From positions 1-64,000 of the IMG/VR virus record IMGVR_UViG_3300025941_000015: a stretch of 64,000 bases of DNA; one strand, 5' to 3'. Below the pieces are notes generated by a model. It ran no database searches, was not told where the DNA came from, and saw nothing but the letters and a program-made list of their open reading frames with translations. Every line of letters starts with the position of its first letter. Position 1 is the first letter of the stretch. This document shows positions 1 through 11,400 of the stretch, piece by piece. Both the position numbers and the translations under genes were made by a program. This DNA is from a virus.

Positions 1-2
1 CA

Positions 3-1283
3 CCGCTGTTCACCGTCACGGCGACGAGCCCCGGCGTCTGGGGCAACAACCTCCGCCTGGTGACCTACACGCGTGACGCCACCAACAAGCGCTTCGATGT
101 CGCCCTGTTCCGAGTCCCGACCGGCACGACCTTCGACCCGGCCAAGCGCAACACCGAGTATCTCGTCGATCAATGGATCGACGTCACGCTCAACCCATCG
201 TCGTCTCGCTACCTGTACTCCATCGCGAATGCCCCGAGTGCGACGGGCTCGCAACTCGTCACCTTCGCCGGGCAGAGCTACAACCCGGCCACCCCGGCCG
301 TGCAGCCGATGCCGAGCACCGTGGTCGGCGGCAACAGCTTCGGTGTGTCGCCGGGGACTCCCGGTGTGGATGGCATCTACACCACCCCGTACACAGAGTC
401 CACGGCATACGCCGCGGCGCTGGCGTCGTACGAGACCTTCAACGGGCCGTTCATCCTCAACCTCCCCGGCGTCACCACGCCAGGGACCATCAAGGACGCC
501 ATCACCACGGCGGCGGCTCGGGGCGACATGTTCGTGGTCGTTGACACCGCTGCAGGGCTCACCCCGGCAGCGGCGCTCACGTTCCTCAACACCGACCTCA
601 ACCTCAGTGCGCTCGGTGGGAACGTGGCATCGTTTGCAGCGGTCTACTACCCGCACGTGCACATGCCAGCCATCGGCAGCGGCATCCCCGGCCGCACGGT
701 GCTGCGTCCTCCGGGCGGTGCGCTCGCCGGGCTCATGATGTCGACCGACGTCACCGTCGGCCCGTGGAAGGCTCCGGCCGGTCTGACGGCGAGCATCGCT
801 GGAGCAGTTGCTCCAGAGCGCCTCCTCACCGCTGCTGACCTGACGTCACTCAACAACAACCACATCAACGCCATCCGCTCCATCCGGGGCGCTGGCATCG
901 TGGTCATGGGTGCACGTACGACGAAGAAGTCGGGCCTCGATCGCTACGTGAACGTGCGCCGCACGGTCATGGAGATCACCGAGACCCTCAAGGCTTCGAC
1001 GCAGTTCGCCATCTTCGAGAACAACGATGAACGGCTCTGGGGTCGTGTGGCGGCGGTGTGCTCGCGCTACCTCGGCACGGTCTGGCAGGCAGGTGGTCTG
1101 CGAGGCAACGGTCCCGGCGAGGCGTTCTACGTCAAGTGCGACGGGTCGAACAACACCCCTGCCACCATCGAGCAGGGGGCAGTCAACGTCGAGGTCGGCA
1201 TCGCTCCACTCACACCTGCCGAGTTCGTGATCATCAGTATCGGCCAATACGACGGTGGTGCCGAAGCCACCGTCCGAATCTGA
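3..1283 (+). CDS. contractile tail sheath protein (5'-truncated by window)
   Basis: Frame is open from position 3 (ATSPGVWGNNL). Sheath motifs FAAVYYP, GPWKAPAG, GART, RYVNVRR, FENND, AFYVKCD, VGIAP..PAEF. Confidence 0.95.
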   Translation, partial: PLFTVTATSPGVWGNNLRLVTYTRDATNKRFDVALFRVPTGTTFDPAKRNTEYLVDQWIDVTLNPSSSRYLYSIANAPSATGSQLVTFAGQSYNPATPAVQPMPSTVVGGNSFGVSPGTPGVDGIYTTPYTESTAYAAALASYETFNGPFILNLPGVTTPGTIKDAITTAAARGDMFVVVDTAAGLTPAAALTFLNTDLNLSALGGNVASFAAVYYPHVHMPAIGSGIPGRTVLRPPGGALAGLMMSTDVTVGPWKAPAGLTASIAGAVAPERLLTAADLTSLNNNHINAIRSIRGAGIVVMGARTTKKSGLDRYVNVRRTVMEITETLKASTQFAIFENNDERLWGRVAAVCSRYLGTVWQAGGLRGNGPGEAFYVKCDGSNNTPATIEQGAVNVEVGIAPLTPAEFVIISIGQYDGGAEATVRI

Positions 1284-1293
1284 GGAGGCTTCA

Positions 1294-1911
1294 ATGCCCA
1301 GTGACAATGCACCCATCAGGGCAACAAAGCCCTCGCAGCGTGACCCGTTGCGTAACTTCCGATTCAAGGTCGACTTCGTCGGCGGCCCCGACAGGATCAC
1401 GGCGCCCTTCGCCTCGATGGGCTTCATGTCCGTTGCTGGCCTCGGCATCCAGACCGACATGATCCCGTACCGCGAGGGCGGCGACAACACCATCACGAGG
1501 AAGATGCCCGGACAGAGTGACGTGAGCCCGCTCACGCTCGTGTCCGGTGTGTTCTCCGGTGTGAACAAGAACGCCCAGATGGAGTGGTTCAAGAACATCT
1601 TCGCTGTGCAGTGGGGCTCCGGCAACGCTGCATGGGACGAGGACTTCCGCTGCGACCTCGTCATCCGCGTGCTGAACCACCCGATCACCAAGGGGAAGAC
1701 CTTGGCGACGGACTCCGGCAGTGGGGGCATGAACTCCAACAACAACGCCGGGGCTGCGTTCAAGGTGTACAACTGCTGGCCGGGAGCGATCGTCTTCAAC
1801 GACCTCAACGCTGGTGACAACTCGATCCTGGTCACGAACATGACCGTCCACCACGAAGGGTTCGACGCCTACTTCGGGGACGAGGCCAAGCCCACCAACA
1901 TCGGCGTCTAG
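1294..1911 (+). CDS. tail tube protein (T4 gp19-like)
   Basis: DPLRNFRFKV, IPYREGG, KMPG, VYNCWP, DLNA motifs; GGAGG RBS before ATG 1294; follows sheath. Confidence 0.92.
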   Translation: MPSDNAPIRATKPSQRDPLRNFRFKVDFVGGPDRITAPFASMGFMSVAGLGIQTDMIPYREGGDNTITRKMPGQSDVSPLTLVSGVFSGVNKNAQMEWFKNIFAVQWGSGNAAWDEDFRCDLVIRVLNHPITKGKTLATDSGSGGMNSNNNAGAAFKVYNCWPGAIVFNDLNAGDNSILVTNMTVHHEGFDAYFGDEAKPTNIGV

Positions 1912-1922
1912 GGAGCACACCA

Positions 1923-2765
1923 ATGGAGAAAGTACTGGAGGACTCGCTGTTCGATACAGCGACTATGGAGGACGCCGTTGCATCGTTCGCGGCTGCATCG
2001 GAACCGGACATCCCGCAGATCGAATCGCCCGCCCCCGGCCACCTCATGCTCATGTGGGGTATCGCCGGGGAGGACGAGGAGCGTCAGCTTCGAGCTGAGG
2101 TGCGGGAGCTGAACGGGGCTGACGAAGAAGCCATGGCTCGGTTGAAGGAAGGGTCGCCGAGCTACTACACCGATCTTGTCGACCTCGTACTCAAGCGGGC
2201 CGTCGAGAGCGTCGGTGACACCAAGGTCACGATCGTCAACAGTGCGCTCGTACTCGGTGACCTCCTGGTCGCTGATCGCGAGCTGCTGTTCAAGGAGATC
2301 ATCCTCGCCACCTTCGGTATCGAGAGGGAGTACGAGGGCATCTCCTGTCCGACGTGCCAGGCGGCCAACGACATCACTGTTGACGTCGAGGGTCTCATCG
2401 AGGTGAAGCCTCTCGCAGGAGAGCCCGTCACCAAGGTCACACTCAGAGACAAGACGGTTGTGGCTCTGCACTACCCACTCGGCAAGGATCAGAAGTTCGT
2501 GTACGACACGAACGAAGAGCTGTCCCCTGCTGGCTACAACACCCGCATGATCGCTCGCTGCATCGACACCGTTGACGGTGGCCCGCTGCGAGAGACCATG
2601 GCTACCAGCTATGCGCTCGAACTCGGCATGGCCGACAGGCGCAAGATCGTTACCGCTCTCGCTGGCGGTCCCTCTGTGAAGTTCAAGGAGGTTGAAGTGC
2701 CTTGCACCGAGTGCGGAGAAGCGATTCCGTTCGCATTCGGTTGGGCCGACCTTCTATGGGTTTGA
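1923..2765 (+). CDS. tail assembly chaperone / baseplate-hub assembly protein with CxxC pairs
   Basis: VRELNGADEE, DRELL..I..ATFG, CPTC and CTEC; lies between tube and tape measure. Confidence 0.75.
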   Translation: MEKVLEDSLFDTATMEDAVASFAAASEPDIPQIESPAPGHLMLMWGIAGEDEERQLRAEVRELNGADEEAMARLKEGSPSYYTDLVDLVLKRAVESVGDTKVTIVNSALVLGDLLVADRELLFKEIILATFGIEREYEGISCPTCQAANDITVDVEGLIEVKPLAGEPVTKVTLRDKTVVALHYPLGKDQKFVYDTNEELSPAGYNTRMIARCIDTVDGGPLRETMATSYALELGMADRRKIVTALAGGPSVKFKEVEVPCTECGEAIPFAFGWADLLWV

Positions 2766-2934
2766 TCAGCAATCTCTCTATAGCGAGTTCCACATCCTGA
2801 CAACGGCGTACCAATGGGCATTGATCGATGTGAAATCACTACCGGTTCGTGAACGTAGGTACTGGATCAAGATGGTTCAGTGGAAGTTGGAGAGGCAACG
2901 ATGGCAGAGTCAGACATCGCAGGGGGGAATGTAA
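2761..2934 (+). CDS. GpE'/DUF6760-like chaperone extension (probably reached by frameshift)
   Basis: LYSEFHILTTAYQWALIDVKSLPVRERRYW resembles short chaperone extensions; no good own start immediately upstream. Confidence 0.6.
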   Translation, partial: FDQQSLYSEFHILTTAYQWALIDVKSLPVRERRYWIKMVQWKLERQRWQSQTSQGGM

Positions 2935-5900
2935 ACGCTGGGCCGAGCGCCGTCTCCAACAGGAGCGGTAGCAGCGCTGGCGGCAAGGTGCGCACTGCTG
3001 TTGCGGCTCGACTCGGTGCCAAGGTCACCTCTGACGGTGTAGACGCCCTCAAGCGCAAGTTCGATGGCCTCCTCGGGACGCTCCGCAAGGTGCGCACCGA
3101 GATGCAGGCCATCAACAACGGTGGCAACGCTGCTGGCACAGGCGCCGGGGGCTCCACGAACAACAACGGTGGTATCTCCAACGGGGGCATGTCGCCGGAG
3201 GGGTTCACTTCGGCCAAGGCCGGTGGGTTCGCCTTCGCTGCCACGGCCGCCTTCGCTGGCGTCAACATGGCCAACGACCGCTTCGCCCGCAACGTGCAGC
3301 AGTCGGTCGGGATCTCTGCCAGAGACTCGTTGATGTCGAGCCGCTTCGGGTTCGACTACCGCTCGGCCGAGACCCAACGGTTCAACTACTCCGGCCAGTT
3401 CGGCGGGGGTCGCGAGCAACAGCTCCAGGCTCAGCAGATCGGGTTCGGCTACGGCCAGAACCAGCAGGGCACCTTGAACTTCATGCAGCAGATGGGCAAC
3501 GTCGTTCAGGCGTCCGGCGGCACGCTGAACATCGCTCAGGCTGCAGCCTCGGCCTCCTCGTTCCAAGACCCCCTCACCATGCGGCGCGCCCAGGCCATGG
3601 GCATCCCGATGGGACGTATCGGCGGTCAGGTGCAGAACCCACTGCAGACGGCCATGGGGTACCTGAAGGACTTCGAGGAGACCAGGGGGATGAAGCTCAA
3701 CGCCGTTGACTTCACCAACCTGCAGAGTCGTGGCAACGGCATGCGGATCGGCATGCAACGCCGTTACGGGCTCGACGACGCAGCCATCGATCAGGTCATG
3801 CAGGCCGGTCAGCAGAACCTCAACTTCAGGAACAGGACTGGGGGGAAACGGGACATCAACTTCGCCAACCCCAATGACTTGGAGAAGATCGACCTGGGCC
3901 GCGATCGCCTCGGTCTGCAGTCGCAGGCTCTGTCCACCGTTGTGGGAAGGAGGGATGCGAACTTCTTCGCCAAGCAGGAAGATGCGATGGTCGACAAGAT
4001 GGGCGTCGACATGAAGATGCAGGAGACCCTGGGCGATCTTGAGGACACGTTCAGTGGGCTCCTCGGGACGCTGCACCGGTTCGAGCAGGGGATCAAGCTG
4101 GTCACCTCCGCCCTCGGTGGCTTCATGATGTTGAAGGGTGCCACCGGCATGCTCGGTGGTGGCGGTGGTGGTGGAGTGGCGGGAGCGGCAGAAGCGGCAG
4201 AGGCTGCAGTCGGTAAGACAGCCGCACCCCCAGGAGTAGCCCAAGCCGCTGGAGGCATGGGCACCGCCGCCCGCGTTGGTTTGGGTGCTGCTGGTGCGGC
4301 GATCGCCTTCAACGGTGTAATGCAAGCCTCCCAGGGTGGTGGTGCGAACGCCGCCATGGGCGTCGCACAGACGGCCGCTGGCGGGGCCATGATCGGTATG
4401 GCCATCGGCGGGCCGTGGGGTGCTGCCATAGGTGGCGCTGGTGGGGCGGTGGTCGGTGGTGCATCATCGATGTACGCGGTGGCGAAGGGGAAGGACAGCG
4501 ACTCCGTCCAGAAGGGCCGCTACGAAGCAGCGGGCATGAAGGACAAGGATCTCATCGCCTCGCTCAAGGCTTACACAGCGAACGGGAAGCGGCTCATCAG
4601 GGCTGACGGACACGGCGCTGGGCCGAAGGAGCGCGGACGGTTCGACGTATGGGCGGCACGTCGTGGCTCGCTGTACGCCGCCATGATGAGCGAGGCCAAC
4701 ACGGCCGGGCTCCTGCAGCTCGAAACGGATGAGGCGGGCGAACTCGGCGAACTCATCAACTTCTTCTCCTCGACCAAGACGTCCGACGACAGCGCCTTCA
4801 ACGACAATGCAGAGAAGGCGGTGAAGTACGCAGACATGGTCAAGGCGAAGGACCGGAAGCTGTACGAGCGGTTCTTCGGCAAGGTACCCGGCCCGTTCTC
4901 CGACGCACCTGTCAATACCGGTGAATACCAGTCGCTGCTCATGACGTCTCAGCAGGTCACCAGCGGCCTCATCGGTGGTGGTTCCGGCGACCCGGTAGGA
5001 GATGAGCGGGCCAAGAGTGGTGGTGCTCCGAAGAAGGGTGTCGGCCCCGGCAACCAGTCGTGGGACAAGCTCGACAACCGGATGAAGGAGCGCATTCAGA
5101 AGCTCATGGCGGCATCGGGCGGCAAGGTCTGGGTCGGCCAGGGGTGGCGCGACCCGGAGGAGCAGAAGCGTGAGTTCCTCAAGCGGTACTACCAGTCGCC
5201 CGACGGTGACCGCACGTGGCAGGGCAAGAAGTGGAAGAAGCGCCCCGGTGTCGCCCCGCTCGCCTCACCCGGCCGCTCGAACCACGAGATCGGTCTGGCC
5301 GCCGACCTCCAGGGTGACATGGAGTGGCTGCAGCAGAACGCTGGCAAGTTCGGCCTCAAGACCTTTGCGACGGTCAACAACGAACCATGGCACGTGCAGC
5401 TCACCGAGTTGCAGAACGGGTTCATCGGAGCCGGGCAGAGTGACTCGTCTCCCGACAGCCCGGCCGATACAGCAGCACCAGTAGGCGACGGAGGCAGTGG
5501 TGGTGGCGGCGGTGGTCTCAACCTTGGTACCGACTCGGGCACGGGCTTCAGCATCAACGCCATCATCGCTGCCGGAGGGAAGGGCTGGAGGGGAGTAGCC
5601 GCATCGACCACTGCTGGGCAGGTGGGTGGGGGCGTCGCCCAGTACACCGGGGGCGTGCTCACTGCCGAGCAGGTTGCGAAGATGGCATACGAGGCTGGCT
5701 TCCGGGGCCAGGCTCTCGTCGACGTGGTGGCCATTGCCGGGCGCGAGAGTCACTACGACCCGTCGGCCCACAACCCCAACCGCAAGACCGGTGACAACTC
5801 GTTCGGGCTGATGCAGATCAACATGATCGACAAGCTCGGGCCCGCTCGCCTGCGGCAGTTCGGCCTCACGTCGAACGAGCAGCTCCTCGATCCGATGACG

Positions 5901-6236
5901 AACCTGCGGGCCGCCTTCAGCATGTACCAGTCGAGTGGCGGCACGCTCAGCGCATGGGGCGCTTACAAGGGCAAGAGCAACACCTACAACACCGACCTCA
6001 AGGCGGCGGCTGCCGCTGTTGCTGCTGCTGGGATCACGGGTGACCCGGTGGACAGCGCCATGCGCCCCCCGTTCGGGAGCACCAGCTCGAAGAGCGGCGG
6101 CGTCACCATCACGTTCGGCGACATCCACATCCAGTCGAGTGGCAACGTTGCGGTCGACGCCGACGCATTCATCAGGGCCATCGCACCGCGGCTCGAAGAG
6201 GCTGCCGGTGTGTTCGTCAAGAGGACAACGGGATAA
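2901..6236 (+). CDS. tape measure protein with M15 (VanY-like) peptidase and lytic transglycosylase domains
   Basis: Long Ala/Gly-rich helical protein; GWR..EQ, PGRSNHEIGLAAD, EPWH; RESHYDP..GDNSFGLMQIN. Confidence 0.9.
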   Translation: MAESDIAGGNVNAGPSAVSNRSGSSAGGKVRTAVAARLGAKVTSDGVDALKRKFDGLLGTLRKVRTEMQAINNGGNAAGTGAGGSTNNNGGISNGGMSPEGFTSAKAGGFAFAATAAFAGVNMANDRFARNVQQSVGISARDSLMSSRFGFDYRSAETQRFNYSGQFGGGREQQLQAQQIGFGYGQNQQGTLNFMQQMGNVVQASGGTLNIAQAAASASSFQDPLTMRRAQAMGIPMGRIGGQVQNPLQTAMGYLKDFEETRGMKLNAVDFTNLQSRGNGMRIGMQRRYGLDDAAIDQVMQAGQQNLNFRNRTGGKRDINFANPNDLEKIDLGRDRLGLQSQALSTVVGRRDANFFAKQEDAMVDKMGVDMKMQETLGDLEDTFSGLLGTLHRFEQGIKLVTSALGGFMMLKGATGMLGGGGGGGVAGAAEAAEAAVGKTAAPPGVAQAAGGMGTAARVGLGAAGAAIAFNGVMQASQGGGANAAMGVAQTAAGGAMIGMAIGGPWGAAIGGAGGAVVGGASSMYAVAKGKDSDSVQKGRYEAAGMKDKDLIASLKAYTANGKRLIRADGHGAGPKERGRFDVWAARRGSLYAAMMSEANTAGLLQLETDEAGELGELINFFSSTKTSDDSAFNDNAEKAVKYADMVKAKDRKLYERFFGKVPGPFSDAPVNTGEYQSLLMTSQQVTSGLIGGGSGDPVGDERAKSGGAPKKGVGPGNQSWDKLDNRMKERIQKLMAASGGKVWVGQGWRDPEEQKREFLKRYYQSPDGDRTWQGKKWKKRPGVAPLASPGRSNHEIGLAADLQGDMEWLQQNAGKFGLKTFATVNNEPWHVQLTELQNGFIGAGQSDSSPDSPADTAAPVGDGGSGGGGGGLNLGTDSGTGFSINAIIAAGGKGWRGVAASTTAGQVGGGVAQYTGGVLTAEQVAKMAYEAGFRGQALVDVVAIAGRESHYDPSAHNPNRKTGDNSFGLMQINMIDKLGPARLRQFGLTSNEQLLDPMTNLRAAFSMYQSSGGTLSAWGAYKGKSNTYNTDLKAAAAAVAAAGITGDPVDSAMRPPFGSTSSKSGGVTITFGDIHIQSSGNVAVDADAFIRAIAPRLEEAAGVFVKRTTG

Positions 6237-6239
6237 CAG

Positions 6240-7124
6240 ATGCCATCAACACCAGAAGTCGAGAACCACAACGCCGGGGCCGCTGACCGCTACCCCAACC
6301 GGCATTCGTATGCCATGTCCGGCTTCTCGGCGCGAGGAACGCCGGGGAACAAGCTCAGGCGCGCCGTCCTCTACTCAGCGAAGAAGACGTCGTCAGAGGG
6401 AGCCCAGAGCGGTATCTTCGGCCCGAGCCCCGGCTCCGCTCCGTACCTCAAGCAGTCGTCGGAGATCATCACGACGTTGAGCAAGCCGTTCCAGTTCAAC
6501 CCACCAACAATGCTCTTGGGCATCAACGTGGCGCCCACCGACCCGGAGGAGGCGGAGCTTGAGGGCGGTACCGCAGCCCAAGCGGGGGGCTACATCGGCA
6601 CGGCCGGAACCTCGGTCGAGATGCTCTTCGAGCGCAGCATCGAAGTGCAGAGCATGTCCGGTGAGTACGCACGGCTCGGGGTGGCCAAGGATGTCCTCGA
6701 CGTCATCGCCGTGCTGCGGGGTGATGCAACGCTGTTGGAAGCCAGCGACGACAAGTCGCTCCGAGAGTTCACCCACATGCTGACCGACCTCGTGGGCAAC
6801 GCCTCCAAAGTCCTCATGGCGTACCGGGCGGCCATCGTCTACTCGCAAGACCTCGTCCTGTATGGGCTCGTCACGAACATGAACATCCGGTTCCTCCAGT
6901 TCAACCACGACCTCATCCCAACCATGGGCTACGTGGACTTGACGTTCGACATCCACAACGCCACCAACACGGCGGGGATGATGAGCCAGGCGGTCGGCGC
7001 CACCGCCGCTGGCACCACCACCACCACCGGTACCACCACCACCGGAGCGGCGACGTCCCGCACCACCACCACCGGTTGGGGCAACAGAAACCACAACCCA
7101 GATCAGCTCCTCGGGGCGCGATGA
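6240..7124 (+). CDS. tail tube initiator / baseplate protein
   Basis: FQFNP motif and F..DLIP at the C-terminus; position after tape measure. Confidence 0.65.
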   Translation: MPSTPEVENHNAGAADRYPNRHSYAMSGFSARGTPGNKLRRAVLYSAKKTSSEGAQSGIFGPSPGSAPYLKQSSEIITTLSKPFQFNPPTMLLGINVAPTDPEEAELEGGTAAQAGGYIGTAGTSVEMLFERSIEVQSMSGEYARLGVAKDVLDVIAVLRGDATLLEASDDKSLREFTHMLTDLVGNASKVLMAYRAAIVYSQDLVLYGLVTNMNIRFLQFNHDLIPTMGYVDLTFDIHNATNTAGMMSQAVGATAAGTTTTTGTTTTGAATSRTTTTGWGNRNHNPDQLLGAR

Positions 7125-7390
7125 GCCGGTACGCAGACACTCCGAGAACGTGGGTACCTCACCCGGACAAGGGCTGGCTGCGTGTCACCTTCCGCGGCCC
7201 CAACCACTGGCAGAACCAGCCGTACTCCAACTATCAGGTCAGCAGTGCCGACGACATGCTCTCCCTGGCGTACCGCAACTACGGTGACGCCACGATGTAC
7301 TGGGGCATCGCTGAGATGAACCCAGGGGTGCTCTGCCCGGACGATCTCAAGGCGGGCGAAGTGCTGCAGTTGCCTGCTGGGCCTCGGTAG
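7121..7390 (+). CDS. LysM / tail-X-like baseplate protein
   Basis: YQV..DDMLSLAYRNYGDATMYWGIAEMNP..DLKAGEVLQLP. Confidence 0.85.
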   Translation: MSRYADTPRTWVPHPDKGWLRVTFRGPNHWQNQPYSNYQVSSADDMLSLAYRNYGDATMYWGIAEMNPGVLCPDDLKAGEVLQLPAGPR

Positions 7391-8403
7391 TGCTCCCCAC
7401 CCTCGACGTCTACGGGGACGGGCTCGTGAGCCGCTTCTCGGTCGACAGCCTCACGGCCTCGTCGGAGGAAGGGAAGCACGACCAGTTCTCTGCCTACATC
7501 GCCCAGGGGAGACCGGTCCACAGCATGCAGGGTTGGCCCTGCACACTCACGTGGGGTTCCGGTCTGGCCACCCAGTCGATGATCGGATACGTCGACACCG
7601 TCAGCGAGATGACCGGCGACGACGCCCTCTCGGGGTGGGCCGTGATCGGTCTCGGGGCGACGTCGAAGATGCGCAGCGGCCAGGCCCGCTCGTTCCGCAG
7701 GAGCACCCCGTTCCTCATCGCCAGCAACATCGTGCTGCCCTATCGCATGGGCGTGATGGTGGATCAGTACATCTACCCTCTCGACGCATTCATGCAGACC
7801 TCGGAGAGCGACTGGGCGGCGCTCGGCAGGCTGGCCGAGTCCATCGGCATGTCACTCATCGCAGACGGCACCACGGCCATGCTGGTCGACGTACGGCGCG
7901 CCATCGGCCGCGCTGCCCTGCGACCCATCAAGCACATCTGGGAGCCGGACAGCTTCATCAGGTTGGACACTCCGTCGCCGGTCGGCTTCGACACCTACGA
8001 GTTCACCGGCATCGATCGGATGGGCAGCAGCTTCTCTGTGCGAGGCGGCCCGGTGGGTGGAGTGAAGCGTCACCCTGGTGAGAACTTCTCCTCCCTGGAA
8101 GAGGCGCGCAGTGCAGCTCGACGGTGGGAGGATCGCCAGCGCTTCATGAAGCGTGCCATGGCCTCGTTCTCCGGCAAGGTGTCGGTCAAGGCTGGTGAAG
8201 TCTTGATGGTCGAGGGCGAGACGTGGTACGTAGCGGGGGTGCGCCACACGATCGCCCTCGGTTCGCAGAAGCAGCAGGTTCAGATCGAGCTGCACCAGAC
8301 GGCGGAGAAGCGCCCGTCCTCGGCGTATGTCCCTCCTCCGCCGACCTCGGTGCAACGTAACGGTGTGTGGGTCAGCGCCCAGTCGTATGCGGTGGCACTA
8401 TGA
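7390..8403 (+). CDS. baseplate hub (gp27/GpD-like)
   Basis: Q..ESDW..L.RLA..IG and WYVAGVRHTI motifs; synteny. Confidence 0.8.
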   Translation: MLPTLDVYGDGLVSRFSVDSLTASSEEGKHDQFSAYIAQGRPVHSMQGWPCTLTWGSGLATQSMIGYVDTVSEMTGDDALSGWAVIGLGATSKMRSGQARSFRRSTPFLIASNIVLPYRMGVMVDQYIYPLDAFMQTSESDWAALGRLAESIGMSLIADGTTAMLVDVRRAIGRAALRPIKHIWEPDSFIRLDTPSPVGFDTYEFTGIDRMGSSFSVRGGPVGGVKRHPGENFSSLEEARSAARRWEDRQRFMKRAMASFSGKVSVKAGEVLMVEGETWYVAGVRHTIALGSQKQQVQIELHQTAEKRPSSAYVPPPPTSVQRNGVWVSAQSYAVAL

Positions 8404-11400
8404 ACGGTGACTCCAACCTGTACATCGCTCGTGTCCTGTCGTTCGACCCGACCACGAAGGACACGCAGCTCCTCATCCCGCAGCTCCAGGGCACCTCCCC
8501 GATCGGGGCGCAGGCGTACATCAACAGGTATGAAGAGCTGGCTGAGATCCCTGACCTCATTGCCGGTGAGCGCGTGCTCGTCTTCTTCGATGGTGGCGAC
8601 ACGAACAGCCAGGCGTACTGGATGGTGGTCTACGCAGGCATCGAGGGGCCGCCCGGTCCTCCTGGGCCTGCTGGTGAGCAGGGAGCTGGCGGCGGTGAGA
8701 TTGGTGACCACGTCAACCAGCCTGACCCTCATACCCAGTACCAGCTTGAGTCGGCGATGGTCGACTACTACACCAAGATTGAAGCGGAGGCTGCGTTCAT
8801 CTCACCCGCTGAACAGACAGCGCTTCTTGGTGACTACTACAACAAGACTGAAGTCGACAACACCTTCCTCAACTACCTGAGCAAGGCAGGCGGCACGATG
8901 TCCGGGTACATCACGCTGCACGCCAGTCCGACACTGCCAACGCACCCGGCGACGAAGATCTACGTCGACAACCACATCAACTCCGCCGACCCGCACCCGT
9001 CGATCCAGATCGCCCTCGGTGGGCAGACCACCGGCAACTACGTCGCCTCGATCCAGGGCACACTCAACCAAGTCAACGTCTCGGGCTCCGGGTCCGAGAC
9101 GGCGGCCGTCACCCTGTCGCTGCCACAGAGCATCGACACGGGCGCCACACCGACGTTCAAGAGTCTGACCCTCACACAGGCGCCCGGCCTGCCACCGTTC
9201 ACGATCTCCAGCAACACCAGGGTGCCCAACCTCAACGCATCGCAGTTGGAAGGCAAGGACTCGAACTTCCTCCTCGCCTGGGAGAACTTCATCAACAAGC
9301 CAGACCCCACCGTGACGGTCTCCGTCACCGGGGCGCTTACCGGCTCGGGTAGCACGGTCTGGACTGACATGGCTGGCAACCTTGTTGTCACTGTCCCCAC
9401 GACCCTCTCCACGGGCTCGGGCTCGGGGCTGAACGCCGACCTCCTCGACGGCCTCGACGCCACGTACTTCCTCAACTCGGGCAACCAGAACGCAGGCACC
9501 CTCCCAGCAGCGCGGTTGAGTGGGGCGTACACCATCAACGTCACTGGTGCGCTCACCGGCAACGCCTCGACCGCCACGACTCTCCAGACCTCGCGCAACA
9601 TCGCAGGCAAGCCGTTCAACGGCTCTGCCGACGTCACCCTCTCCTCCCTGACCGCTGGCACCGGCATCACGCCAGCGGGGAGCTACAACGGCTCTGCTGC
9701 CGTCACGATCAACGTCGACAGCACCTCGCTCAACACGGCCAGCAAGATCGTCGCACGCGACGCCTCGGGCGGCTTCGCTGCCGGAGCCATCACTGCCACC
9801 GGCCTCAGCTCTCCGGCAATCACGCTCTCCCTGGCCGACGGGGGCGCCGCCCCCATGACGGTGACGAGCCGAGTGAAGGTCACCAACCTCAACGCCGACC
9901 TCCTTGACGGCAACGACTCTGTGTACTTCGCCAAGCAGGCCGAGATCGAGGCGCTGCTCGGCGACCTGATGTACGTGGGTCTGTACAACGCTGCTGGCTA
10001 CAACCAAGTCACTGGTGTACCCAAGCCCGCTCCCATCTGGAGCGGTGGTTCCACCACCTACCGCCACGGCATGTACTGGGTGGCCTCGTCGGTCGGCACG
10101 CTCAACTTTGTTGACTCCGACCTGTCCGGTCGCTACGACGTTGACGATGACACAGTCACGGTGGCCAACGGTGACTGGATCGTCGCGATCAAGAACCCGA
10201 TCTACGGCCCCCCGACCACGGGTCAGGATCTCACGCTGGCGCAGGTCATCTTCCAGTTCATCCCGTTCTCGGCCGAGGCGTTCGTCAACCTGAAGATCAC
10301 CGAGCACGCCAACCAGACAGACCCCCATCCTCTTGCCGGGTACCTCAAGAAGGTTGCCACCGATAGCTGGTACGCACTGATCGACCACGAGCATGACGAG
10401 GAGATCGCTGAGTACATCGTCCAGCACACCGAGCGCACCGTCTACGACATCATTGAGTTCTCGGCCGTTGCTCCCACGGGAGGAGCCGAGTTCGGAACAC
10501 TCACTCTCAAGCTCGCCACCGCTGAGCACAACTTCTACCGGGGTTCTGGGGTCTCGATCTCGTTCCCGATCAACACGTACCCGGTGTACAACGGGATGGC
10601 GACGGTACAGACCGTTGCGGGCAGCACCATCACGGTCAACACCAAGGGACCGACCCGAGCCACGACGCCCGGTCCGATCGTTGGCTCGACGTTCGCTGCC
10701 AAGCTCACCGCCGAGCCCCACCCCGACTACCTTCTTATCACCACGGCAGAGCAGGTCTACTCCAAGGCTGACCACAACCACGCCATCGAGATCGCTGCTG
10801 CGGTCGCGCTGCACGCCACGCCGAACACCGACCCTCACCCCGAGTACTTCAACACCTCACGAGCCGACCTCCGCTTCGAGAAGCTGGGGGAGGTCAACAA
10901 GCACATCGGTGACCAGACAGCACACAGCAACCTCTACTACACCAAGGCTCAGTCAGACAGCAAGTACTCGCCATCGGCGATGCTGGCCGACCACTTGGTA
11001 CACCCCGATCCACACCCGCAGTACCTGCTGCAGGATGAGGCTGACGCTCTCTTCTCGAACGAGGGTCACAACCACAATGACCTCTACTACGGGAAGACCC
11101 AAGTCGTTGATCTCATCGCTGCGGCTACCCCGAAGAACATCCTGGCGACTGACGGCGCTTCCTCGGCTCGGATCTTCCTCGGCAACATCACGCCCGCCGA
11201 CCCGAGGCCGGGCGACCTCTGGGTGCAGAGCGACAACGTCTCCCTGCAGCCTCCCGTGCCGCCGGTAGCGCTGACCGGCATCGCTCTGTCAGACACGTCG
11301 ATTCGGCTGACGTGGAACGCATGGCCTGCTTCAACGACTGTGCAGTCAGTCACTGTTCAGATGTCTCCGACAGGGGCCGTTGGCTCGTACGTCACCCTCA

